From Chlamydiota bacterium (lineage in GTDB: Bacteria > Chlamydiota > Chlamydiia > Chlamydiales > JACKPQ01), in contig JAJFLZ010000018.1 in the NCBI GenBank assembly GCA_021772435.1, positions 199-64,198 on the forward strand: a DNA stretch of 64,000 bases, read 5' to 3'. The position numbers and the translations under genes were made by a program. Numbering within the stretch: position 1 is the first letter of the stretch; every line of letters starts with the position of its first letter. This document shows positions 36,805 to 45,866 of the stretch, piece by piece. The notes beneath the pieces were generated by a model. The model worked only from the letters and a program-made list of their open reading frames with translations, did no database searches and was not told the DNA's origin.

Positions 36805-37312
36805 TGCGCTTAAGAGCCGGATCAAGCTCTTTGCGCTCGCGTTTAGAGATTCTGTCGATATGTAAAACGCCGTTGAGGTGGTCATTTTCGTGCAACAGAG
36901 GTCTTGCCATCCAGCCCTCATGCTCCTCGACAAAGGTTTTGCCATCGATATCTTGCGCTTCAATGCGAATCTTCCATGGACGCTCAACCTCTGGATAGAC
37001 GCCTGGGACAGAAAGGCAGCCCTCGCTGTGCAACCATAGCTTATCATCTAAAACAGTGATCTTTGGATTGATATAAACTTTTGGATTCGCTGTCCCATTT
37101 GGGTAACCATCATCACTAATCGAGTCATAGGTAACGACAAATACGCGCAGTGGCACGCCAACTTGCGGCGCTGCAATGCCATAACTCGAATGTGTATTGG
37201 TGACATCGATAAGATCTTGCACAAGCTGCTTTAATTCGCCGCCAAAATCTGTAACCTCTTTGCACCGAGTGCGCAAAATCGGGTTACCGTAATAGCAAAG
37301 CTCTTTACTCAT
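36782..37312 (-). CDS. def: Peptide deformylase
   Basis: 176-aa ORF with the three canonical motifs GIAAPQVG, EGCLSVPG and HENDHLNG. Confidence 0.95.
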   Translation of the reverse strand: MSKELCYYGNPILRTRCKEVTDFGGELKQLVQDLIDVTNTHSSYGIAAPQVGVPLRVFVVTYDSISDDGYPNGTANPKVYINPKITVLDDKLWLHSEGCLSVPGVYPEVERPWKIRIEAQDIDGKTFVEEHEGWMARPLLHENDHLNGVLHIDRISKRERKELDPALKRIKKKHRQ

Positions 37313-37610
37313 GGCCGATTGGCTGGGCTTCTTCTACAGTCGGTGTTGGAATCACGATGTTGCGCTTGCGCTGGACAGCAGATGTCCAAAGTGATAATAC
37401 AACGCACAAAATCATGAATGTGGCCGCTAAAACGCTTGTAATTTTTTTAAGCACGTCTGCTGTCGAGGTACCAAATAGCGACTCGCCACTATCTCCTCCA
37501 AACGAAGCTCCTAAGCCCATGCTTTTGCTCTCTTGGACCAAAATCACCATGCATAAGACCACAGCAACTAAAATAAAAACAATCAGAGAAAACCCAAATA
37601 AAAATCCCAT
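37305..37610 (-). CDS. secG: Preprotein translocase subunit SecG
   Basis: 101-aa ORF with two TM helices flanking LVQESKSMGLGASFGGDSGESLFG, the typical SecG glycine-rich loop. Confidence 0.8.
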   Translation of the reverse strand: MGFLFGFSLIVFILVAVVLCMVILVQESKSMGLGASFGGDSGESLFGTSTADVLKKITSVLAATFMILCVVLSLWTSAVQRKRNIVIPTPTVEEAQPIGHE

Positions 37611-37613
37611 TCT

Positions 37614-38327
37614 TCAACCTTCAATAATTTGATAAAAACTTTTTACATCCAATGACGCACCTCCAACTAAGGCACCGTCGATACGATCCATCGCCATCAG
37701 CTCTTTAATTGTCGTTGGCTTAACCGATCCCCCGTACAAAATCAGTGGATCGATTCTCATCGCCTCCAGCTGATTTCGAATCACGCTATGAGTCTCATCG
37801 GCAAGCTGTGGCGTTGCGCTCTTGCCTGTTCCAATCGCCCATACAGGCTCATAGGCCACAACCAATGCTTCTAGCTCTTTTGGCTCAAAACCATTTAATC
37901 CTTCAGCAATTTGCGTTTTCAAAACAGCGGCTGTATCGCCTTGTTCCCGCTCAGCTAGCGTCTCACCAATGCACATCACAGGTGTTAAACCGCACTTGAT
38001 GGCCCGCTCTACTTTAGCCCTAACGCTGCCATTTGTTTCGCCGTAGTACTGGCGCCTCTCCGAATGCCCAATAAGCGTAAATGTCGCGCCGCTCTCAAAA
38101 ATCATCTTACCAGAGATCTCGCCTGTATATGCGCCTTCACCATGCTCGCTTAAATTTTGAGCGCCCACACTAATGCCCGTGCCTTTAGCTGCATCAGCAG
38201 CTGTCACAAGCGCTGTGTACGGCACAGCCAGATACGCCTTTTTATCCCCCAGCAAAGGAGCCAATTCCTCAATGAAAGCCTTGGCCTCCATCGGGGTTTT
38301 GTACATTTTCCAATTTCCGATAATCAC
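37614..38327 (-). CDS. tpiA: Triosephosphate isomerase
   Basis: 237-aa ORF with IIGNWKM, GHSERR and AYEPVWAIGTG motifs. Confidence 0.95.
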   Translation of the reverse strand: MIIGNWKMYKTPMEAKAFIEELAPLLGDKKAYLAVPYTALVTAADAAKGTGISVGAQNLSEHGEGAYTGEISGKMIFESGATFTLIGHSERRQYYGETNGSVRAKVERAIKCGLTPVMCIGETLAEREQGDTAAVLKTQIAEGLNGFEPKELEALVVAYEPVWAIGTGKSATPQLADETHSVIRNQLEAMRIDPLILYGGSVKPTTIKELMAMDRIDGALVGGASLDVKSFYQIIEG

Positions 38328-38575
38328 AATCTGAACTCTGGGTTAAAATTGCTAATATTTAAAAAGGATTCGATTTCAAAATGAGTCATTAGCCCAAATG
38401 CCTATTTTTGAACTCTAAGGATCTCATTATGGAGCCTTAGACTCCTAAAGATGAGTGAAATGAACTCAGAGCTCGGGTTAACAAGAATTTATTCTAACAA
38501 ATGCAGGTCAAAACAACAAGCCGAAAGAAAAATTGAGATTGACAGAGGCGTTGAATTACTATAAATTTTTCGATT

Positions 38576-39832
38576 ATGACGCAAAGCATTTTAACGGTAT
38601 CTCAGCTGACTCAATCAATCAAATCGCAGCTTGAGCAAAAGTTTTCTTACGTCCAGGTCAAGGGCGAGATCTCGAATTTGAAGATGCAAGCTTCCGGGCA
38701 TATTTACTTTACATTGAAGGATGCCGGCTCGCAAGTGTCCAGTGTGCTATTTCGAGGCAACGCGTCAAGGCTGTCCAGAGCACCACGCGATGGCGATGAG
38801 GTCATTTGCAAGGGTGAGGTCAGCGTTTATCTGCCACGCGGCCAGTACCAGATGATCGTACGTGAGATGAAATACAGCGGCGTCGGCGATCTGCTTGTTA
38901 AATTCCATGAATTAAAAGAAAAACTAGTTAGAGAAGGCCTTTTTGAAATCAAGCGTCCCCTACCAGCTTTTCCCAAGGTGATCGGAGTGATCACAAGTCC
39001 AACTGGCGCTGTGATCCAAGATATTTTGAATGTTTTAAAACGTCGCAGCCCCAATTTTCAGCTGATTTTAAATCCTGTGAAGGTGCAAGGGGCTGGAGCA
39101 GCTGAAGAGATTGCTAGCGCCATTGATTTTTTCAACCAGCATAAGCTTGCTGATCTGCTCATCGTAGGCAGAGGTGGCGGCAGCTTAGAGGATTTGTGGC
39201 CATTTAACGAAGAATGCGTACCAAGGGCTGTTGCTAGAAGCCAAATTCCCATTATTTCGGCTGTCGGACATGAGACCGATGTGTCCCTCTGCGATTTTGC
39301 AGCAGATGTTAGAGCGCCCACACCATCTGCTGCAGCTGAAATCGCAGTGCAAGAGCAAGGCACCCTCATACAAAACCTAACCGCTGCAAAACAAATGCTA
39401 ACGCGCCACTTGAGCACCTGCATCCAGCACCACAGATTGAGGCTGCAAACGATCACGCGCCAGCCAGCTATTTGCGACCCGTATGCTTTAATCGGGCAGC
39501 TTATGCAGCGCATGGATGAATTAGGCCCTCGTCTAGATGAATCACTCCAAAATAAACTCACGCGCAGCGCCCAAACCCTGCAAATGACAAGCAAACAATT
39601 GGCAGCAAAACTGACCTCAAAGATGGAAGTACGGCAAAGGCAAGAAAAACTCAAAGGCCTCGTCTCTCACCTTAAAGCTATCGACCCCAAAAATTTACTT
39701 CAAAAAGGCTACGCCATTGTCTTTAGCGAAAAAGACAATTCCGTTATGATGTCCTCTAAAGGGCTTAACCCCACAACCAAGGTCCGTTTGCAATTTGCCG
39801 ATGGATCGCGAAAAGCAACCGTTTATGAATAA
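38576..39832 (+). CDS. xseA: Exodeoxyribonuclease VII large subunit
   Basis: 418-aa ORF with an N-terminal OB fold (VSQLTQSIKSQLE...VQVKGEISN), VITSPTGAVIQDIL, GRGGGSLEDLWPFN and SAVGHETD. Confidence 0.92.
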   Translation: MTQSILTVSQLTQSIKSQLEQKFSYVQVKGEISNLKMQASGHIYFTLKDAGSQVSSVLFRGNASRLSRAPRDGDEVICKGEVSVYLPRGQYQMIVREMKYSGVGDLLVKFHELKEKLVREGLFEIKRPLPAFPKVIGVITSPTGAVIQDILNVLKRRSPNFQLILNPVKVQGAGAAEEIASAIDFFNQHKLADLLIVGRGGGSLEDLWPFNEECVPRAVARSQIPIISAVGHETDVSLCDFAADVRAPTPSAAAEIAVQEQGTLIQNLTAAKQMLTRHLSTCIQHHRLRLQTITRQPAICDPYALIGQLMQRMDELGPRLDESLQNKLTRSAQTLQMTSKQLAAKLTSKMEVRQRQEKLKGLVSHLKAIDPKNLLQKGYAIVFSEKDNSVMMSSKGLNPTTKVRLQFADGSRKATVYE

Positions 39833-40070
39833 AGAATTATCTTTTGAGCAGGCATACGCTAGGCTAGAAAAAATTTTAGGCCAGCTCAACTCAGGAGAAG
39901 TTTCACTTGAAGACTCTCTGAAATACTACGAAGAAGCAGATAAACTTATCCAGCAGTGCAATAGCCTGCTTGTATCAGCCGAGCAAAAAGTGCAAATGCT
40001 CATCAAAAATCGAGAAGGCAATGTGCAACTAAGCCCAGATGGCGTGCCACAACTCGAGCCCTTTGGATGA
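39825..40070 (+). CDS. xseB: Exodeoxyribonuclease VII small subunit
   Basis: MNKELSFEQAYARLEKILGQLNSGEVSLEDSLKYYEEADKLIQQC is the typical XseB N-terminus. The start at ATG 39825 is preferred over the track start 39795 and overlaps the xseA stop. Confidence 0.88.
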   Translation: MNKELSFEQAYARLEKILGQLNSGEVSLEDSLKYYEEADKLIQQCNSLLVSAEQKVQMLIKNREGNVQLSPDGVPQLEPFG

Positions 40071-41890
40071 TTGAACTTGCAAAGCAGATTCGCAAACGCA
40101 TCATCGATGTGATGGCCAAAAATGGTGGCCATCTAGCGTCCAACTTAGGTGTAGTGGAACTCACCATTGCCCTGCACGAAGTTTTTGACTCGCCCAAAGA
40201 CAAACTCATTTTCGATACGAGTCACCAAACGTACGCACATAAGCTGCTCACAGGAAGATCCGATCGTTTTGATAAAATCCGTAAAGCAGGTGGCCTGTAT
40301 GGTTTTGCAGCACCGCACGAATCGCCTCACGACCATTTTTATGCTGGCCACGGAGCTACATCACTCTCGCTTGCTCTTGGGTGCGCCAAAGCCAGGGACT
40401 TAACAGAGGGTGACGAATACGTCGTACCCATCATTGGCGATGCCATGTTAACATGTGGGCTTGCCTACGAGGCTCTTGATAATATTCCCAAAGACCTAAA
40501 ACGCTTTATCATCATCTTAAATGACAACGAAATGTCTATTTCCAATAACGTGGGCGCTATTTCTGAGGTTTTAAGCCAACTACTCAACCGGCCACAATCG
40601 AACAAGTTTTACCATGAGGCAGCAAACTTTTTGCGCAAAATCCCCACAGTCGGCGACAAGCTCGCACTTAAAGGAAAAAAACTCAAAGAATCACTCAAGA
40701 CACTTTCTGGATCAGACGCGCCGTTTTTTGAGCACTTTAACTTAGCCTATGTTGGGCCAATCGATGGGCATGATATCGAAGAGATGATCAAAGTCTTCAC
40801 TGCTGTTAAAGATCTCGATAAACCCGTCATCATCCATGTCAAAACCATCAAAGGCTGCGGTTTAGCAAAAGCTGAAAACGAGCCCATCACCTACCACGGA
40901 GCAAAACCTTTTGATCCGGACACAGGTGAATTCATCCCAGCCAAAAGCCAGCTTACTTTTCCAAAAGCGTTTGGCAAATACTTGCTTCAAATGGGTGAGA
41001 AGCATAAAAACATCGTAGCTATCTCCCCTGCAACACCTGTTGGAACAGCGCTTGTTCCATTCATGGAAAAATACCCTGAGCGTTCTCTCGATGTGGGAAT
41101 TGCCGAAGGCCACGCTGTCACCTATGCTGGAGGACTGGCCTACCAAAACAAAACCAAGCCCATTCTCTCTGTCTACTCAACATTTTTGCAGCGCGGTTTT
41201 GATAACATCTTCCACGACGTCTGCATTCAAGATCTCCCCGTCATTTTTGCAATCGATAGAGCAGGCATTTCCAGCGGCGATGGGATCACGCACCACGGCA
41301 TCTACGACATCAGCTTCCTCTCTAGCTTGCCTAACATGGTTATTTGTCAACCGCGCGATGGCCACGTGCTAAAAGAGCTCATGGAAAGCGCCCTAGATTT
41401 TAAGCATCCCACAGCGATTCGCTACCCCAATCTGCCAACGACAGATACAACTGGAATGATCAAAAAACGGCTTCTTGGCAAAGGAGAAGTTCTCGCTGAA
41501 GGAAAAGACATCGCCATCATCGCCCTTGGTCACATGTGCACTACTGCCTTGACAGTGCGCGATATTTTAAGTGAGCATGCTCTTAACATCACCGTTGTCG
41601 ATCCCATCTTTGTCAAACCGCTTGATACCGACCTCATTGACCACCTACTCCTTTCGCATTCCATGCTCATCACCCTAGAAGAACACGTTTTAACAGGCGG
41701 CCTCGGCAGCCTCATTAACACATACGTCATGAAAAACGGCTGCACTAAAACTGCTGTTTTCAACCTTGCCCTTCCAGAAACACCTATCCACCCTGGCAGC
41801 TACAGCTCCATCATGGAAAACCTCGGCTTAGATGCTGACACTATCGCCAAAACCATCCTAGAAAACACCTCTCTCGAGGTCACAGTATGA
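40067..41890 (+). CDS. dxs: 1-deoxy-D-xylulose-5-phosphate synthase
   Basis: 607-aa ORF with GGHLASNLGVVELTIALH, the TPP motif IGDAMLTCGLAYEALDN...LNDNEMSIS, and a transketolase-like C-terminus. Confidence 0.93.
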   Translation: MIELAKQIRKRIIDVMAKNGGHLASNLGVVELTIALHEVFDSPKDKLIFDTSHQTYAHKLLTGRSDRFDKIRKAGGLYGFAAPHESPHDHFYAGHGATSLSLALGCAKARDLTEGDEYVVPIIGDAMLTCGLAYEALDNIPKDLKRFIIILNDNEMSISNNVGAISEVLSQLLNRPQSNKFYHEAANFLRKIPTVGDKLALKGKKLKESLKTLSGSDAPFFEHFNLAYVGPIDGHDIEEMIKVFTAVKDLDKPVIIHVKTIKGCGLAKAENEPITYHGAKPFDPDTGEFIPAKSQLTFPKAFGKYLLQMGEKHKNIVAISPATPVGTALVPFMEKYPERSLDVGIAEGHAVTYAGGLAYQNKTKPILSVYSTFLQRGFDNIFHDVCIQDLPVIFAIDRAGISSGDGITHHGIYDISFLSSLPNMVICQPRDGHVLKELMESALDFKHPTAIRYPNLPTTDTTGMIKKRLLGKGEVLAEGKDIAIIALGHMCTTALTVRDILSEHALNITVVDPIFVKPLDTDLIDHLLLSHSMLITLEEHVLTGGLGSLINTYVMKNGCTKTAVFNLALPETPIHPGSYSSIMENLGLDADTIAKTILENTSLEVTV

Positions 41891-42726
41891 TCGTCGCCAT
41901 CTTTCCCAACACCGCCAAATCCCAATCCAAAAAGCTCGCCCTTGGCATCGTCGACTTCTTCCAATCCAAAAAAATCACCGTTGTCTCAGATGATAAAGAT
42001 GCAAAACTCATCGGTGCGGATCCCATCTCCAAAGTCAAAACAAGCAAAATCGATTTCATCATCTCGATGGGCGGCGACGGCACCATTTTGCGCCTAGCTC
42101 ACCGCTTCTCCGATGCGCAGATTCCTATCCTCGGCATCAATCTCGGCCACCTAGGCTTCATGGCAGACATTCCTCTCGACGATGTCTATCCCAGTTTGCA
42201 AGATCTCATCGACAAAGCCTACACTCTAGAAAAAAGAGTCATCATCGAGGGCGAATCGCTAGACGGCGACAAAGCCATTGCCGTTAACGATTTTGTCATT
42301 CACCGTGCGCGCAATCCGAGCCTTGTCGAAATTGCAATCCATATTAACGGCACCTACCTGAATACATTTGAAGCTGACGGCGTCATCTTAGCCACCCCAT
42401 CTGGCTCTACAGCCTACTCCCTAGCCGCTGGCGGACCTATCTTGCATCCCGCACTCCCAGCATTTGTCCTTACCCCTATCAGCCCGCACACCATCTCCAA
42501 TCGCCCCCTCGTCCTGCCCACCGACATCGAACTCCAAATCCAATACCTCTCTGATTACGGCCCGGTCGAAGTCATCGCCGACGGCCTAGAAACATTCAAA
42601 CTCAAAACAGGCGGCGGCTTCCGCTTGCGCAAATCCAACAAAACCTTCAACTTAATCAATCTCCACCGCCGCGACTACTTCACAACCCTACGCACCAAAC
42701 TCGGCTGGTCCGGCAAACTCAGATAG
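41887..42726 (+). CDS. nadK: NAD kinase
   Basis: 279-aa ORF with GGDGT, NLGHLGF and ATPSGSTAYSLAAGGPI motifs. Confidence 0.93.
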   Translation: MIVAIFPNTAKSQSKKLALGIVDFFQSKKITVVSDDKDAKLIGADPISKVKTSKIDFIISMGGDGTILRLAHRFSDAQIPILGINLGHLGFMADIPLDDVYPSLQDLIDKAYTLEKRVIIEGESLDGDKAIAVNDFVIHRARNPSLVEIAIHINGTYLNTFEADGVILATPSGSTAYSLAAGGPILHPALPAFVLTPISPHTISNRPLVLPTDIELQIQYLSDYGPVEVIADGLETFKLKTGGGFRLRKSNKTFNLINLHRRDYFTTLRTKLGWSGKLR

Positions 42727-42727
42727 C

Positions 42728-43447
42728 ATGGATTTTTCCAAGCTAGAGAAAAAGAAACAACTTACCGCACTGAAATCACTACCTCCTTCACTTGCAAAAT
42801 GGTTTGATATCGAACTTACCTATACCAGCAATGCCATTGAAGGAAATTCCTTATCGAGAGAAGAAACTCGCCTCATCGTGGAAGAAGGTGCCATCATCGA
42901 AGGCAAATCTCTAGTTGAACACTTAGAAGCGACGAATCACACGAGGGCTTTAGATTTCATCAAAGGTTTAGTCAATCTCAAACCTCTTGAAATTACCGAA
43001 AACCACATCCTAGGAATTCATCATTCGATTTTACGTGGCATTGACGATGATAATGCGGGGAGATATCGACAAGTCATTGTTCGCATCTCAGGTTCTACAG
43101 TTGTTTTCCCCAACCCGATTAAAGTACCAGATCTCATTAGTGACTTCATGCAATGGCTTCACTCTTGCAAAGACCATCCCCTCCTACTAGCCGCCATGGC
43201 ACACTACAAATTGGTTACAATTCATCCCTTCATTGATGGAAACGGTCGCACAGCCCGCTTACTGATGAATTTGCTGGCTATGTCTGCGGGTTATCCCCCT
43301 GCTATCATCTCGCCAGAAAACCGCCTAGAGTACATCAACGCTTTAGAAAAAGCTCAACTTGGTGGATCGCTTGATGATTTCCTGCAGATCGTCTACACAG
43401 CCATTGACCGGTCCCTCGATATCTACTTAGAAGCAGCAGAAAACTAA
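42728..43447 (+). CDS. fic: Fic-domain protein (class II type with N-terminal inhibitory motif)
   Basis: 239-aa ORF with the canonical Fic motif HPFIDGNGRTARLLMN and an N-terminal TSNAIEGN, which fits the (S/T)xxxE(G/N) auto-inhibition motif. The ATG lies 1 nt after the nadK stop. It is visibly lower in GC than nadK. Confidence 0.9.
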   Translation: MDFSKLEKKKQLTALKSLPPSLAKWFDIELTYTSNAIEGNSLSREETRLIVEEGAIIEGKSLVEHLEATNHTRALDFIKGLVNLKPLEITENHILGIHHSILRGIDDDNAGRYRQVIVRISGSTVVFPNPIKVPDLISDFMQWLHSCKDHPLLLAAMAHYKLVTIHPFIDGNGRTARLLMNLLAMSAGYPPAIISPENRLEYINALEKAQLGGSLDDFLQIVYTAIDRSLDIYLEAAEN

Positions 43448-43476
43448 TAACTAATATTCAGCATCTTACAAAAATA

Positions 43477-43560
43477 ATGCGTTGACAACGCCGTGTTTTA
43501 CTCTAAACCATGCGCTACCAACGCATGAAAACAGCCCAAACCATGCGTTGACAACGCATG
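43477..43560. promoter_or_regulatory. Three palindromic sites phased at exactly 33 bp (candidate operator array)
   Basis: atgcgttgacaacgc (43477-43491) is a partial palindrome. catgcgctaccaacgcatg (43509-43527) has 6-bp arms. catgcgttgacaacgcatg (43542-43560) is a perfect 9+1+9 palindrome. Copies 2 and 3 share the prefix aaacc. Confidence 0.7.
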
Positions 43561-43576
43561 ATTTTCATGGTATTAT
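43548..43576 (+). promoter_or_regulatory. Sigma70-type promoter TTGACA-17-TATTAT embedded in the perfect palindrome
   Basis: TTGACA (43548-43553) forms the centre of palindrome 3. After a 17-nt spacer, tattat lies at 43571-43576. The ATG at 43594 follows, with aagg 6 nt upstream. Confidence 0.55.
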
Positions 43577-43593
43577 TTGAAAAAAGGCCAAAG

Positions 43594-44850
43594 ATGGATA
43601 AAGAACTATTAAAACAAGTCATTGCAGATCAAAGAGAGTACAGTCCTCCACGCACGTTTTTTGATCGAACTCAAGCACATGCAATCAGAAGTTATATCCA
43701 TGACCCTAATATTCTGATTATCACCGGAATCAGGCGTTCAGGAAAATCGACGATCCAACGGAAATTGCAGCGGGAGATGCCTGAATCGGACTATTACTTC
43801 AATTTCGACGATGATCGCTTAGTCCGGTTTACAATTGAAGACTTCCAACTCCTCTTTGAAACATTTATTGAGCTGTATGGCAAACAAGCCACTTTTTATT
43901 TCGACGAAATACAAAACATTGAGGGCTGGGAGCGGTTCATTCGCAGGCTTTATGAACAAGGCTACAAAATCTTTATCACGGGTTCAAATGCCAAGTTGCT
44001 TAGCAAGGAGCTAGGCACTCACCTAACAGGCCGATGTATTCAAATCGAGATCTACCCTCTTTCATTCAAAGAGATCGTTTTGCACGAATATCCCACAGCG
44101 TTAAATAAACAAGCCATCTCCTCTACGGATAAAGGCATGCTTTTGCGCCTTTTTAACGATTACCTTCAGCATGGAGGCATTCCAGAATATTACAAGTTTC
44201 GCAAACCTGAATATTTGAAAGAACTCTACGAAGGAATTATTTACCGCGATATTGTAGCTAGATATAATATTGCAAACGAAAAGCCCCTTCGAGAACTCGC
44301 CTATTACTTTGCTAGCAATATTGGGAAAGAATTTAGTTATGCAAAGCTTACAAAAACTGTTGGTCTTAGTAGCCCTCACACAATTTCAAACTACTGCGAC
44401 TACTTAGAAAAATGCTATCTCTGTTTTTTTGTTAACCGCTATAGCCATTCTCTGAAAAAGCAAATCAAAAATAACAAAAAATGTTACATGATTGATCCTG
44501 CTCTTATCCGCACAGTAGGATTTCGAGTCAGCGAAGATAAAGGTCGATTGCTTGAAAACATCGTTTTTTTGCATTTAAAAATGCAGGGGTCTGAAATCTA
44601 TTTTCACAAAGGCCAAAGAGAATGTGACTTTGTCATCAGACAAGATAATCGCATTACTCAAGCTATCCAAGTCGCTACAAATCTTTCTAACGAAGATACA
44701 AGAGATCGTGAAATCAGCGGTCTGCTTGAAGCTATGGAAACTTACAACCTACAAAAAGGCCTGATCATCACCGAGAATGAGCCAGATAGCCTTAAAATAG
44801 GCAAGTCTCAAATCGAAATGATCCCCATCTGGAAATGGCTGCTGAATTAA
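43594..44850 (+). CDS. Orphan AAA+ ATPase (AAA_14 + DUF4143 type)
   Basis: It has Walker A GIRRSGKST, Walker B YFDEIQ, and a C-terminal ECDFVI nuclease-like motif. The start at ATG 43594 (MDKELLKQV) is preferred over the track start 43558, which lies inside the palindrome and promoter. Its stop overlaps the convergent cydB stop (4 nt). Confidence 0.8.
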   Translation: MDKELLKQVIADQREYSPPRTFFDRTQAHAIRSYIHDPNILIITGIRRSGKSTIQRKLQREMPESDYYFNFDDDRLVRFTIEDFQLLFETFIELYGKQATFYFDEIQNIEGWERFIRRLYEQGYKIFITGSNAKLLSKELGTHLTGRCIQIEIYPLSFKEIVLHEYPTALNKQAISSTDKGMLLRLFNDYLQHGGIPEYYKFRKPEYLKELYEGIIYRDIVARYNIANEKPLRELAYYFASNIGKEFSYAKLTKTVGLSSPHTISNYCDYLEKCYLCFFVNRYSHSLKKQIKNNKKCYMIDPALIRTVGFRVSEDKGRLLENIVFLHLKMQGSEIYFHKGQRECDFVIRQDNRITQAIQVATNLSNEDTRDREISGLLEAMETYNLQKGLIITENEPDSLKIGKSQIEMIPIWKWLLN

Positions 44851-45866
44851 TAGCTAGTCTCATCTAGGCGGACCTTGCCGCGGAAAATACGATAGACGTA
44901 GGTGCCGTAAGCTAAAACGAGCGGCACGCCGATGGCAACAATGATCGCTAAAACTCGCAGAGTTAGCTCAGAGGAATGTGAATTAAAAACTGTGAGGTTG
45001 CGATTTAGCGGATCGATGGTCGAGCGCACCATGATCGGATAGGTCCCAATGCCAAAGAGCAAAAAGAGCATCATGATGGCAACGCACGACGAGATAAAGG
45101 CCGAGCCATCAAAGCCTTTGCGGATGAAAAACGGTACGGCTAGAATCGCTGCGATGGTCAAGACGGGAACGACAAACAGAACTGGGTAATTCAGCATGGT
45201 GTCTAGCATGTAGGGAAATTTGTAAAGCGTATGGATTGTGAGCATGAAATAGAAACAAATAAAGACGCCGATTGTCCATTTTACCCACGAGCGCATATGG
45301 TCGTGGAGGCTGCCTTCTGTTTTCATCAAAAGATAAACATTGCCGTGCATGGCAAAAAGCGCACAGGCAGTCATGCCAACTAAAATGGTAAAGGGCGAGA
45401 CAAAGTCGCTAAATGTTCCGGTAAAATTGCCATCTGGATCAAGCGGGATGCCTTGCACAAGTGAGCCTAAAATCCCTCCAACAATAAACGCAATGGTGAG
45501 CGATGAGATAGCAAAAATCCAGTCCCATATGTGACGCCAGCTCGTGGATTCGACTTTTGAGCGAAATTCAATGGCTACAGCGCGCAAGATAAGGCCTGCT
45601 AGCAGCGCCATCAAGGGCGTGTAGTAAGCAGAAAACACCGTTGCATAAACATCTGTAAACCCAGCAAAAAGAGCGCCGCCCACAATCACAAGCCACACCT
45701 CATTCCCATCCCACACAGGACCAATCGCATTCAAGAAAATCCGCCGCTCAGTATCATCCCTGGCAAAGGGATGTAACATCCCGACACCCAAATCAAACCC
45801 ATCGAGCACGGCGTAAAAAACAAGGGCAATGCCCACAATCAAAAACCAAAAGTTTGGTAAAATCAT
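44847..45866 (-). CDS. cydB: Cytochrome bd ubiquinol oxidase subunit II
   Basis: 339-aa polytopic ORF with N-terminal FWFLIVGIALVFYAVLDGFDLGVGML, typical of CydB. It has a 4-nt overlap with cydA. Confidence 0.92.
   Translation of the reverse strand: MILPNFWFLIVGIALVFYAVLDGFDLGVGMLHPFARDDTERRIFLNAIGPVWDGNEVWLVIVGGALFAGFTDVYATVFSAYYTPLMALLAGLILRAVAIEFRSKVESTSWRHIWDWIFAISSLTIAFIVGGILGSLVQGIPLDPDGNFTGTFSDFVSPFTILVGMTACALFAMHGNVYLLMKTEGSLHDHMRSWVKWTIGVFICFYFMLTIHTLYKFPYMLDTMLNYPVLFVVPVLTIAAILAVPFFIRKGFDGSAFISSCVAIMMLFLLFGIGTYPIMVRSTIDPLNRNLTVFNSHSSELTLRVLAIIVAIGVPLVLAYGTYVYRIFRGKVRLDETSY

Noticed and set aside
38539-38567. Possible xseA promoter TTGACA ... tataaa/taaatt
   Set aside because: The -35 box is perfect, but the best -10 candidates need a 15-nt spacer (tataaa) or score only 4/6 with a 17-nt spacer. 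It is not reported as a feature.
38328-38575. 248-bp intergenic region scanned for a tRNA or sRNA (gaactc..gggttaa words repeated, small ggag-ccttaga-ctcc hairpin)
   Set aside because: There is no cloverleaf and no T-arm GTTCRA consensus. The hairpin loop lacks U33, so it is not an anticodon arm. The repeats are too short to call.
39058-39654. 198-aa minus-strand ORF
   Set aside because: It is antisense to xseA, which has unambiguous family motifs. The product is Cys/Ser/Arg-rich, typical of a shadow frame.
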